Positions 29,701 through 39,067 of a DNA stretch of 64,000 bases are shown here, piece after piece. Below the pieces are notes generated by a model that was given only the letters and a program-made list of their open reading frames with translations, ran no database searches and was not told the DNA's origin. The DNA is taken from IMG/VR virus record IMGVR_UViG_3300032220_001761, positions 65,134 through 129,133 of that record. The stretch is one strand, 5' to 3'. A program made the translations under genes and the position numbers. Position 1 is the first letter of the stretch. Every line of letters begins with the position of its first letter. Source of the stretch: a virus (lineage: Duplodnaviria; Heunggongvirae; Uroviricota; Caudoviricetes).

Positions 29701-29999
29701 TCAAGGTCTTCCTTAGCTTTGATTTCGTTATAGATATAATCTATGGCATCTGTGCATCTTTTCTTGCACTTCTCTAAAAATCCTATATATTGAATAAGTT
29801 CATCTTTACTTATCTGATGATCTTTTTCTATCATATCTTTTAGAATTCCTAAAGATGCTGTTAAAATAGAGATTCCTCCATTGTGCTCGTGAATCCCATG
29901 GTGTATGATCTTTCCTCGTTCGGTTTCGTAGAATTTTTTAGGACCCTCCATGATGTTGTATGTTGTATATATGCCTTCTTTTAGCGAAAAGCAACACAA
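29697..29999 (-). CDS. hypothetical protein
   Basis: Packed ORF; start uncertain. Confidence 0.6.
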   Translation of the reverse strand: MCCFSLKEGIYTTYNIMEGPKKFYETERGKIIHHGIHEHNGGISILTASLGILKDMIEKDHQISKDELIQYIGFLEKCKKRCTDAIDYIYNEIKAKEDLE

Positions 30000-30045
30000 A
30001 AGGTTACAGTAAACAAAATAAAAGTTTACAGTAAAAAGATAAAGA

Positions 30046-30348
30046 TCAATCTCTATTTTTTTCTAGCATTTTCTCCAGGATTTTTTCACGATCTTTAATC
30101 TTATCAAGAATCATTTTTTTCTCCTCTGGATCATTGTCATAGGTTAAATCGTCACGGAGATCGTCTAACTGAGAAAGGATCTCTTCCATGAAAATAATTT
30201 TTTCATCTTTCTCTTTGCGAGTTTCCTTTTTACCTCTTATAGAGCTCATGATAGAAGAAATCCCCTCACCCGAATTAATAGCAAGATCTACAAAGATACC
30301 AAAAGCTATTAGTGTAAAAGGAACAGTTAAAATTTCTATTGTTGTCAT
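30046..30348 (-). CDS. membrane-anchored coiled-coil protein
   Basis: N-terminal TM, charged tail. Confidence 0.65.
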   Translation of the reverse strand: MTTIEILTVPFTLIAFGIFVDLAINSGEGISSIMSSIRGKKETRKEKDEKIIFMEEILSQLDDLRDDLTYDNDPEEKKMILDKIKDREKILEKMLEKNRD

Positions 30349-30367
30349 TTTTCGATTTATTTAAAAA

Positions 30368-30682
30368 TTACCAAAGATCCTCGCTGAAAAGGGTCTCTTT
30401 TAATTCACTGATTTGTCCAGAACTATAAGCAATGTGTGCAGCTTCTTTTCTACCAACGAATCTATTTTTATTAGTGAGAAATCCCTGCTCTCGCTCGAAG
30501 ATCCCAAGTTTTTGTCTTTCTCCAACAAGCCCACCGATTTGAGGAAAAATACATCCATGTCTCCATCCGCATAAAACCAATCCTGTATCTACATTAGATG
30601 GTTGGAGATTATATTTTTTTCCGTCATCAAACCAGATAGCGGCGCACATTATGTACTCTTTTTCATTCATCGTCGCTTTCAT
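30368..30682 (-). CDS. phage hypothetical protein
   Basis: GWRHG, QGFLT...FV.R.EA, LFSEDLW. Confidence 0.75.
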   Translation of the reverse strand: MKATMNEKEYIMCAAIWFDDGKKYNLQPSNVDTGLVLCGWRHGCIFPQIGGLVGERQKLGIFEREQGFLTNKNRFVGRKEAAHIAYSSGQISELKETLFSEDLW

Positions 30683-30995
30683 ATCTTTCTATGATGGGTT
30701 TATTTTCAACTTCCTTTAGATCAGATTCCAGTCTTTTCAAAAAACTTCCCTCTCCGTCATCTCCACTAACAAGCCAATCTATCCTCTGAGCATAAACCTC
30801 AGCCTGCCTTAAGATTTTAAGACCCTCTTTAAATTTTTCAATAACCTCTGGAGGGTATTCATAATAATGGGTTCCATCCCAAGAATTTCTGTTTCTCTTT
30901 GGAATCTCCTTCCCATTAATTATTATCAATTGCTCAACACTGTCAGCAATTTCACGGATCTTATACTGACTGTAATCAAAGTGACCTCCACTCAT
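30663..30995 (-). CDS. phage hypothetical protein
   Basis: MSGGHFDY..DWL.SGDDGE. Confidence 0.75.
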   Translation of the reverse strand: MSGGHFDYSQYKIREIADSVEQLIIINGKEIPKRNRNSWDGTHYYEYPPEVIEKFKEGLKILRQAEVYAQRIDWLVSGDDGEGSFLKRLESDLKEVENKPIIERYESDDE

Positions 30996-31006
30996 ACATT
31001 CTAATT

Positions 31007-31336
31007 TTAACTTTTCTCGGTATCCTCTGGGCCTTTAAATCTGGATAATAGATCCTCCATTAAATTTTGGAAAGCTGCTTTTTTAGCATTTTCCAGTTCA
31101 TTCTGGATTGTTCTTATACCTAATACAAATCCAGCGAAAAAAAGTTTCTTCTCGTAAGGGGAAATATCAGCATCGCATTTTCCAAATTCATCCTCTCTTA
31201 TTCTCTCTATCGAGTCGAGAATACATTGGTGAATCGTTTGATTGTTTCTAAGATTTTCACTGATTATTTCCTCAGCAATTTCGCAAAAATTTTCAGGAAT
31301 ATTCAATCCTTCCGTAATAGTTTTTTCATCTGCCAT
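31007..31336 (-). CDS. hypothetical protein
   Basis: Likely start MADEK; promoter variant at about 31361-31400. Confidence 0.7.
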   Translation of the reverse strand: MADEKTITEGLNIPENFCEIAEEIISENLRNNQTIHQCILDSIERIREDEFGKCDADISPYEKKLFFAGFVLGIRTIQNELENAKKAAFQNLMEDLLSRFKGPEDTEKS

Positions 31337-31404
31337 TTTTATATTAGTTAGAATTACCACCTAAAGATAGAATATTCTAACCAAATAAAAAAATATTTTT
31401 AAAG

Positions 31405-31620
31405 CTATTTAGGAATCTTAGGAGTTCCAAGTAAAACTGTATCCGTTATTGGAGTCCATCTATAATAAACAGTATCAAGATCCAAAGAGTTCATTCTCTC
31501 CTCCTTAGCCTTTCTGTTCTCCCTCCTTTCCACTCTCTTTTGCATTTTTCTGTATTCCCTTGGTATTCTTGGTTTACAAAAGGAAAGAAATAAAACCGAT
31601 AGTAGTATTAGGTATTTCAT
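31405..31620 (-). CDS. small lipoprotein-like protein
   Basis: MKYLILLSVLFLSFC. Confidence 0.55.
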   Translation of the reverse strand: MKYLILLSVLFLSFCKPRIPREYRKMQKRVERRENRKAKEERMNSLDLDTVYYRWTPITDTVLLGTPKIPK

Positions 31621-31676
31621 AGGATAAATCCTATATATTCCCAAAATATTTATTCTCAGCTTCTCATTTAATATTT

Positions 31677-31871
31677 TTACGAAGGATCTACTTCTTCTAC
31701 TGTTTCAACGATAGTAAATGCTACAGGATAAGAAGCTATCAATTTATTGGTTTCCCCGTATTCCCCTTTCCAGAACATATACGCTCCTTCATTAACAGTC
31801 ATCTCCCTGGCTTCAATAGTTCCTTCTACTGATGTTCCTGGGATTTTACAATAAACTCTATACGTTGTCAT
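31677..31871 (-). CDS. hypothetical protein
   Basis: Packed ORF. Confidence 0.65.
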   Translation of the reverse strand: MTTYRVYCKIPGTSVEGTIEAREMTVNEGAYMFWKGEYGETNKLIASYPVAFTIVETVEEVDPS

Positions 31872-31872
31872 T

Positions 31873-32499
31873 TTAAATATTTTCAGTTATAAATAAATTT
31901 CTTAGGTCTTCACTAAGATTAACGTAGTCCATGTTAAACTGATCAGACATAGCCTCTAATACATTCTCATTCTGGTAAGGAGCATTTCCAGGCTCTGACC
32001 ATTTTCTGGTGATTTTTAGGTAATTGTAAAAATGGACATAAGCATTTGACTTCTTGATGTATCTTGGGATGTCAATGGGAAGATCAAACCTCTTCGCCAT
32101 TTCTACAGATCTTTTCTCGTTATCCAATTCTAGATCTCTAGAAATATTAATGTATTTCTCTATACCTGAAACATCTTCACCACCTATCCACTTATCAACA
32201 AAATCCATTGCATCAGTAGCTTTTCCCCAAAGATCAAAATCATCCTTATCTAGCCATTGGGTCATGTGGCAATATTCATGAACTAGAATTTCCAGCCAGT
32301 CAGTTCTTTCATCAGCAAAACATAATATTGGATGGTCAAACGTTTCATCTGTACCGTCACTGAAAAATCCGCTGCATTTAATCGATTCTGTTAGCTCTAC
32401 AAAAGGAGCATTAAATCTCCTATATTCTACTCCATGTTTTTCGCATTCAGACCTAACGTGAGCTATAAATATTTCTACCTTTTCGTTGTTGTTCATCAA
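31873..32499 (-). CDS. HExxH metallopeptidase-like protein
   Basis: LVHEYCH plus downstream ELDNE. Confidence 0.6.
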   Translation of the reverse strand: MMNNNEKVEIFIAHVRSECEKHGVEYRRFNAPFVELTESIKCSGFFSDGTDETFDHPILCFADERTDWLEILVHEYCHMTQWLDKDDFDLWGKATDAMDFVDKWIGGEDVSGIEKYINISRDLELDNEKRSVEMAKRFDLPIDIPRYIKKSNAYVHFYNYLKITRKWSEPGNAPYQNENVLEAMSDQFNMDYVNLSEDLRNLFITENI

Positions 32500-32501
32500 T
32501 T

Positions 32502-32690
32502 TTATAGGGTATCGGTTTCCTTTAGTTTCACTTCATAGGTAGCATAGATCTTATGAGCTGCAATCTTTGCCCAATCCTATATACTACTCCCATGCTTTGC
32601 AAATTCTGATTTAATCCTAGACTCTATTCCAAGAATTATTCTATCCTTGTCTTTATCCTCTGGCTTGTGTGTATTATCTTTTCCTTCCAT
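32502..32690 (-). CDS. small protein with internal in-frame TAG (codon 38)
   Basis: ...AGT AGT ATA TAG GAT TGG GCA AAG...; readthrough ends TAA 2 nt before next ATG. Confidence 0.6.
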
Positions 32691-32694
32691 TTAA

Positions 32695-32949
32695 TTAATA
32701 CCCGTGCTTAATTTTCAAAAAAACAGCTTCTTTCTTTCCTTGCTCGCCAAACCTGACATCCTCAAGGACTGCTATAGTAACATCAGTATTAACCCCTGCA
32801 TCCTCCATCAGCTCAGAAAAATAACTAAGCACCATAGTATCAGGTATTTCATTACCATGTTCATAAGGCTTACAGCATTCACTAATCATGTTACCAAGTG
32901 TAGACGTGAGTCTATTTACAGCGATTTGCTGTTCTTTATTTAATTTCAT
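32695..32949 (-). CDS. hypothetical protein
   Basis: Packed ORF. Confidence 0.65.
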   Translation of the reverse strand: MKLNKEQQIAVNRLTSTLGNMISECCKPYEHGNEIPDTMVLSYFSELMEDAGVNTDVTIAVLEDVRFGEQGKKEAVFLKIKHGY

Positions 32950-33608
32950 TTGTTGCTTATATTATTCAATACCTCGAAAGCATCTCCTCCAAAATCAATC
33001 TCTATTGTTCCTTTACTTCTAAGCATTTTCTTAGAAACTTCTACAACCTCCTTGCAAGTCTCAACAGAAAACATCCCTATATGAGTATAGTCCTTATCTG
33101 TGCCTAATGTTTCAGACAGCCATTTATAAGCCTCCGTTCTTTTCATTATCCCAGATTTCCATATCTGGTCAAAATAATGATGAGCTTCCTTCTTTGCCTG
33201 TCTTAGCTCATAATTGGCCAATCTTCCAAGAGATCTGGTTCCAATATTATCCTTATGAACTCCGCAATAAGCATCGCATGGTTTACAGTAATAAATCATA
33301 CCATAGCTCACACCTCCATAAACAACTGCGCTATCTACAAATTCCGATTTATCGTAGCAGTAAGGACAGATCTTACCCTTCATTATAGCATCTCTCTGAT
33401 CGTCTGATTGATTTACTATTTCCCACTTGATCTCTTTTTTCTTTATGGTATTCTCACACTGGGTAATAGCCCAATCAATCTTACTTGGGTCGATGGTATC
33501 AACAGACCCGTACATCTTATTAAAAAGACCTACCTCACCTTCTGTACACCCAGACAGTAGAGCTCTTAAAATATTTCTCCCCGCCTCTATTAATGTTTCG
33601 TTTCTCAT
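32946..33608 (-). CDS. DUF3268-like zinc-finger protein
   Basis: CPYC, C..C.AY.G.H, LGRLA..ELR, HIGMF. Confidence 0.75.
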   Translation of the reverse strand: MRNETLIEAGRNILRALLSGCTEGEVGLFNKMYGSVDTIDPSKIDWAITQCENTIKKKEIKWEIVNQSDDQRDAIMKGKICPYCYDKSEFVDSAVVYGGVSYGMIYYCKPCDAYCGVHKDNIGTRSLGRLANYELRQAKKEAHHYFDQIWKSGIMKRTEAYKWLSETLGTDKDYTHIGMFSVETCKEVVEVSKKMLRSKGTIEIDFGGDAFEVLNNISNK

Positions 33609-33687
33609 ACTTCAAAGATAGAAAAAGCTACGCTAATTAAAAAATGTTTTTACCAGTAAAGGTATAGATTAATCTAGAAATAAAAAA

Positions 33688-34017
33688 TTACCTTGCGTCT
33701 CTAACGAATCTAACAGGATAGAGATTGTACATAGATGTTAGGTTTATACTGTCACCAAAAATAGTCTTTGCGGTTGAGCCATCATATTCATAATGTGATG
33801 TCCAGTAAGGTCTCTTGTAGTGGATATTTAGAACCCGATACTCCATTGAAAGTCTAATAAGATACCTCATCTCATTAGGAGTAGGTATCCTCCAGAAGTC
33901 CATATATTCAGCAGAAGCCATAGCCTCCCATGCAGTAAAGTAGCTAACCTCATTTTGAGTTTTGGATGGAAGATCGTGATCCATCACTTCAATATTTCCA
34001 ATTCTGTAAATCTTCAT
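33688..34017 (-). CDS. DUF1566/C-lectin-fold-like protein
   Basis: WRIPT..E, YWTS, terminal VRFVR. Confidence 0.6.
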   Translation of the reverse strand: MKIYRIGNIEVMDHDLPSKTQNEVSYFTAWEAMASAEYMDFWRIPTPNEMRYLIRLSMEYRVLNIHYKRPYWTSHYEYDGSTAKTIFGDSINLTSMYNLYPVRFVRDAR

Positions 34018-34040
34018 ATATCTTCCAGGATCTAAAATAA

Positions 34041-35171
34041 TTAATCCTCGTCTTCGTCAGTAATACCGAATTTACCAAGTAGACCCCCACCTTTGATAAT
34101 ATCTGCATCCTTAGTGAAATGATTTACAACATTAGGTAAAAAATTTCGACTTTTTAATGTGTTAATTATCCTACTGAAATTAATAGGACTTTCATTTTTA
34201 ATTCTTTCTAATACATCAATCATTTTAGGTTCTAGTGAACTTGAATTAAAATCTGTTCCCCCGCTCTCTAGCTGATCTAGAACTGCTTTATTAAAAGATT
34301 TGATTGTTGCAGAAATCTCAGGGCTTGTATCTTTAATAATATTTTTATTGAATCTGTTTACGTCATCCGCCAATTGTTTATAAACCCTATTTTGTAAAGC
34401 TTTATATGTTTTAACCCTGATATCACTTGAAACACCAACACATACTCTATGAAGATTACCCCATCTCCAAGAATTTTCATCAATAAATTCATCAAATAGA
34501 CCAAACGGTGTGAAGTACTTATTTCTAAAGCTCAGACACTGATCATTGGTTTGCTCCTCATGAAATCCATAAACTGAATCAAGAAACTTATAACTATCAG
34601 TTGATGTAACCAAATTGGGATCATTTATATAGGTTCCAATGTCGCTCTCTTTTTTAGAAACAATAGCATCTATAACATCTGAGGGATTATACTTCTTAGC
34701 AATACCTATTATTTTATCAAAAAGCCCTTTATTTTTTGTTATCTTATTAAAAACACTATCTCCTGGATTTATACCATCAAAAACAAATTTATCTAAAAAA
34801 TTAACATTTAAACCCTTGATTCTACTAAGATAATAGATGGATAAGAAATCTATGAATTGTGTAAGTGTATTAAAAACAAAACGACAAGAAGGACCAATCT
34901 GAATCCCTCCGTAATAAACAGTACCATTTCGACTAATCTTAAAATCGTACCTACCCTGTGTATCTAAAACCAACCCCTTTGCCTTATTAAATCTGAACCC
35001 ATTATTTACTCTCGAAAAAGCAGATCCTGGACTACTTAAAGAATTATAGTTAGCCATCTCAGGAGAATTATTAATCTCATCAAGCTCAGCTTGAGTGGTA
35101 GGTATCTGGAAGGTATATCTATATGAAGATAAACTACCTTCAAACAGTGCAAAATTTTGTAAATGCTTCAT
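34041..35171 (-). CDS. hypothetical protein with MKHLQNF..FE leader
   Basis: Start 35171; GATATATA 35177-35184. Confidence 0.75.
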   Translation of the reverse strand: MKHLQNFALFEGSLSSYRYTFQIPTTQAELDEINNSPEMANYNSLSSPGSAFSRVNNGFRFNKAKGLVLDTQGRYDFKISRNGTVYYGGIQIGPSCRFVFNTLTQFIDFLSIYYLSRIKGLNVNFLDKFVFDGINPGDSVFNKITKNKGLFDKIIGIAKKYNPSDVIDAIVSKKESDIGTYINDPNLVTSTDSYKFLDSVYGFHEEQTNDQCLSFRNKYFTPFGLFDEFIDENSWRWGNLHRVCVGVSSDIRVKTYKALQNRVYKQLADDVNRFNKNIIKDTSPEISATIKSFNKAVLDQLESGGTDFNSSSLEPKMIDVLERIKNESPINFSRIINTLKSRNFLPNVVNHFTKDADIIKGGGLLGKFGITDEDED

Positions 35172-35338
35172 GCCTTTATATATCATTGATCAATATGGTG
35201 AATTCTATCAAAAGTCATCTTTTACCTCCTAGATATACGCGTGTCTCGAGGCCCCTAGGCTCTTTCTAAGATTCTGTAGATATTTCTAAGAATTGCCCAA
35301 GTCTGGTTCAGATTTGACAAAGACCCCTAAGATCTGGT

Positions 35339-35677
35339 TCAGATCTCCCTCACCATTATAACACCACAATGAGAAGTCAACTTCTCCCTAGAAGTAAAAT
35401 AATCACCGTGAACAGAGAACCACACAATAGCTCTCGAAAAATCAATATGTTCACCATTAGTCCAATATAAAGTGGAAGGCAATGGCCATATATTATAAAC
35501 TCCAAGATCCTTAAAAGTATAAATAAACAGGAACTCTTGACGGGAAGGCAATCTCCAAACCTCTTTTAATCCCCCATCCCTATTCTTATGCGAAACAGCA
35601 GTCATAGCTTCGTGCCAAGTGGACTTCACCCCTTTAAGGGTAAAATCAAACTCAAGATTCATTCCCGTAATAACCAT
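35339..35677 (-). CDS. DUF1566/C-lectin-fold-like protein
   Basis: WRLPS..E, YWT, terminal IMVREI. Confidence 0.6.
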   Translation of the reverse strand: MVITGMNLEFDFTLKGVKSTWHEAMTAVSHKNRDGGLKEVWRLPSRQEFLFIYTFKDLGVYNIWPLPSTLYWTNGEHIDFSRAIVWFSVHGDYFTSREKLTSHCGVIMVREI

Positions 35678-35714
35678 ACACTATATATAAAGGATTATTA
35701 TATTTACCCCCAGA

Positions 35715-36134
35715 ATGAATGTTATTTTCACAGACATAGACGGAGTACTCAATCTTAATGTTGGGTCATCAAGAGCCTGGAGTCCATCAGCGATAGACAT
35801 CTATGACAGGATCTGTGAAGAGTTCGATCTCAAACCAGTCATCTCATCCACCTGGAGAACCAATCACACCAAAAAAGAACTTCAAAGGATATTCGACTAC
35901 TGGGGCATACAAACACCCATCTATGACTTCACCCCCATACTATTCAATGAACCCAGAGGAGTAGAGATAGAGACATGGCTCAGAGAAAATCCATGTGATA
36001 AATGGATAGTCATAGACGACAACATCTCAGGGATAACACCCTATGTGGGCAATGTAGTTAAATTCAGAGGATGGATGGGTCTGACAGAAGATGAATACCT
36101 AGAGATCAAAAAGATCTTTACTACAAATCCCTAG
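35715..36134 (+). CDS. HAD domain (Swiss-army-knife RNA-repair-like) protein
   Basis: FTDIDGVLN, ISSTWR, RG.EI..WL, VIDD. Confidence 0.8.
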   Translation: MNVIFTDIDGVLNLNVGSSRAWSPSAIDIYDRICEEFDLKPVISSTWRTNHTKKELQRIFDYWGIQTPIYDFTPILFNEPRGVEIETWLRENPCDKWIVIDDNISGITPYVGNVVKFRGWMGLTEDEYLEIKKIFTTNP

Positions 36135-36810
36135 TACCAGTCACCACATGAAAACTCCTCTCCCTCTTACGCTTGTCCAAGACGACAATGCTATCATAGA
36201 AATGTACACCCCATAACCATCTAGACCAATAGTCATCAGGTATCTCATTAGTGTATTGTCGGTTAACTCTATCAGTCAATACCTTACAGTAATTAGTAAA
36301 GGTACCACTGTTATTTAATCCACCACCATACCCAGACCAATAAGAAGTATGAGTGTCCTCACATAAATAAACACCTCCATCCTTCACATGAGGGAATAAC
36401 ACATCAAGACTAACAATCTGCTGGTTCATAGTGTGACCACCATCATCAATGACTATATCAAATGGACCATGCTCACTAACTATCTTACCAAGTAGATCAC
36501 GATCCTCCTGACTACCTATATAAACATGAATACCCTCCTCATTCAACTTAGCACATCTGGGATCTATATCCAGTCCAACAATCTTAGTACCCTCACCGAA
36601 GTAGTTCTTCCACATAATAGCAGATCCTCCATTCTGAACACCTATCTCTAAGATGCTAGGACTCTTACCCCTAAATCGACTAAAGTGATGATCATAGATC
36701 TCAAAGTAGTGCCACCACTTATGAATACGTAGATCCTTGTTATTTAAGAAATACTCTTCCAGCCAGTTACTAGCAACTAACCCATCAGTATCATATCTTG
36801 GAGCATCCAT
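36121..36810 (-). CDS. class I SAM-dependent methyltransferase
   Basis: LEIGVQNGGS, GLDID, DIVIDDGGH, YLCED. Confidence 0.85.
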   Translation of the reverse strand: MDAPRYDTDGLVASNWLEEYFLNNKDLRIHKWWHYFEIYDHHFSRFRGKSPSILEIGVQNGGSAIMWKNYFGEGTKIVGLDIDPRCAKLNEEGIHVYIGSQEDRDLLGKIVSEHGPFDIVIDDGGHTMNQQIVSLDVLFPHVKDGGVYLCEDTHTSYWSGYGGGLNNSGTFTNYCKVLTDRVNRQYTNEIPDDYWSRWLWGVHFYDSIVVLDKRKRERSFHVVTGTRDL

Positions 36811-36860
36811 AAAAGACTTCTTTTATATCTCATACAAAGATCCTTTAAAGTGTTTCGCCT

Positions 36861-36948
36861 CGAACCCTAGGAAACCCCCGTTCCGGTGCGCACGTAAAAA
36901 TTTCAAAACAGAACACCCCCACTTTTTAGGGCCTACCCCCATCCCCCT
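36861..36948 (+). repeat. 88-bp imperfect direct repeat, copy 1
   Basis: CGAACCCTAGGAAACC...CACTTTTTAGGGCCT..ATCCCCCT. Confidence 0.85.
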
Positions 36949-36952
36949 CTAG

Positions 36953-37201
36953 TCACTCAGAGGGAACCTGGATAATAATGGAATTCCCTAAACGGGTCAA
37001 TTTAAAATCAGACGGAGTGAGATTAGTATAGTAATCTAGATAGAAGGCAGTACGATCAAATTCATCCAATACCTCCTGCTCATTCACCTTTACACAATTA
37101 GGGACCTTCCTAGATCCCTTAAGCTTAGTACCAATCTGCTTATATCCCTTCCAACAAGGGTTCTTACGGGATTCAAGGAATTGATTGTAACTCTGTATCA
37201 T
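36953..37201 (-). CDS. hypothetical protein between direct repeats
   Basis: PCWKGY...K....VPNCV motif. Confidence 0.7.
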   Translation of the reverse strand: MIQSYNQFLESRKNPCWKGYKQIGTKLKGSRKVPNCVKVNEQEVLDEFDRTAFYLDYYTNLTPSDFKLTRLGNSIIIQVPSE

Positions 37202-37226
37202 ACTCTATATATTATAACAAACGAGG

Positions 37227-37314
37227 CGAACCCTAGGAAACCACATTTCCGGTGCGCGCGTAAAAATTTAGTTTTGGAACACCTCCACTTTTTAGGGCCT
37301 GGCCCTATCCCCCT
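37227..37314 (+). repeat. 88-bp imperfect direct repeat, copy 2
   Basis: Colinear with 36861-36948. Confidence 0.85.
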
Positions 37315-37389
37315 GGATAATCATAGACAGTCCAAGAGAGTATACACGGGGTTGAACCCTAGCAGACCACCAATTTCTGGACTCATAAA

Positions 37390-37850
37390 TTTTTCAGGGG
37401 GCCTAGGGGGAGGGAAAATCGCCATAAGGACCCCCGTGCCCCCTATTTGCTTAGATTTGGGGACCTATAATATAGTACCTATATAGACGTAAGGCCCCTC
37501 CCTAAAAACGGGGGCCTAAAAGGGGGGTATTTTAGGGGGCCTAAAAGGGCCTTAGAAAAGGGAGCCTTTTTAGGGGGTCTAAAATAGGGGAGGGCCTTAA
37601 AAGGGGGTGCCCCGTATAGATAAGGCTTTCTTTAGTTAACTCTTATTTGGGAGGGGGTGCCCCGAGGGCATATAATAATGCTTAGCTAGATGCTGTGTTT
37701 AGAGGGGGTGCCTCAAATTGCTATAGTTTGCTCTATTAACCACTATTAGTAGGGAGGGGGTTCCTCGGGGGTGGATTTAGTGTTTTTCTCTTTTTCTCTG
37801 GAGGAGGTTCCTTATCTGGATAGATCTTTCTTTCCACTGGGGGTGCCTCC
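37390..37850. other. non-coding G-tract block; replication-origin candidate
   Basis: About 12-13-bp periodic GGGGG(C)CTAAAA units; wobble-position skew flips across it. Confidence 0.5.
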
Positions 37851-37941
37851 GGGCCACATTGCTAGCTGTTGCTAGTTTGGAGCCCACAAAAAAACCCATC
37901 TTTCTTGGATGGGTCTATTTGTTAAGATGTGTTTACTTAGT

Positions 37942-38157
37942 CTATTTTCCTTCCCAGGCTTGGATTAGATCTTTTGGTGATATCTCATCACCTCCTTCAA
38001 AGCTTTTATACTCGTTTTCTGTGATGGCTTTAATAGATAAGCCTTGGTCATGTAGTGAATCTATGAGTTCTGATTTAATATCTTCTTGTTTTTCGAATCT
38101 CATGGCTGCGAACATATGTTCTTTTAGGTATACTCCTATGTATGCTGGTTCGTTCAT
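37942..38157 (-). CDS. hypothetical early protein
   Basis: Own promoter and terminator. Confidence 0.7.
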   Translation of the reverse strand: MNEPAYIGVYLKEHMFAAMRFEKQEDIKSELIDSLHDQGLSIKAITENEYKSFEGGDEISPKDLIQAWEGK

Positions 38158-38400
38158 TTGTTTATTTAGATGTTTAAATATAGAAAATTCTATTTAGATA
38201 AAAAAATGTTTCTTGGATTTTTTATTACATCCGATTCTATGCTGGGGTTCCTCATAGACTTATAGCTGCTCTATGGAATTCTGTAGCTGTAGCATCTTTT
38301 GCTCTATGCTACTATATATGGGGTGCCACCTCGCGGCTCCCGTAGCTGTTGGAGCTTTCACCACACACAAAAAAGGCTTGGCGATTCACCAAGCCCTCTT

Positions 38401-38862
38401 ATAAATTCTTTCTGTGTCATTTTTTAAATATTCCTTGTTTAATCATCATGTTCAATAGCCTCTTACTTCCAATACCTTCTATATTACCACTCCAATCCTC
38501 AAACCACCCACCACCACCAATTAGAGCACTCAACTTGACACTCCCTTCATTCTTGAACACCACACCAGGAGGAAGAGAAGTGAGAGCACTCAAATAGACA
38601 TCCCCTCCATTCTCAAACTTCACACCAGAAGGAAGCGAAGTGAGAGCTCTCAACTCGACATCCCCTCTATTCTTGAACACCACTCCAGGAGGAAGAGAAG
38701 TGAGAGCATTCAAATTGACATACCCATCTTTATCTCCTCCAGTCACCACTATCAGATCTCCCTCTACATCATAGGAGTATTCTTCCTCTTTTAATATGCT
38801 TATAAATTCTTTCTGTGTCATTTTTTAAATACTCCTTGTTTAATCATAAAATTCAATAACCT
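38401..38862 (+). repeat. 61-bp direct repeats flanking the LRR-like gene
   Basis: 38401-38461 vs 38802-38862 each encode a stop-start junction of paralogues. Confidence 0.8.
38417..38821 (-). CDS. LRR-like repeat protein (20-aa LTSLPxGV repeats)
   Basis: 60-bp internal repeats. Confidence 0.75.
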   Translation of the reverse strand: MTQKEFISILKEEEYSYDVEGDLIVVTGGDKDGYVNLNALTSLPPGVVFKNRGDVELRALTSLPSGVKFENGGDVYLSALTSLPPGVVFKNEGSVKLSALIGGGGWFEDWSGNIEGIGSKRLLNMMIKQGIFKK

Positions 38863-39067
38863 ATCCTATATATACAAACCAAAACAGGTCCTTTCGAACC
38901 CTCCTAAAGAAAAAAATGTTTTCTGGGAAGAGTTTAAATATAATGCGTGGCGCTGATCCAGACTATTTGGGGTTCCTCCTCGCGGCTACCGTAGCGGTTT
39001 TATTTTTTCTTTGGTCACAAAAAAGGCCTGGAGATTATCCAAGCCCTCTTTAACATAACCAATCAGC

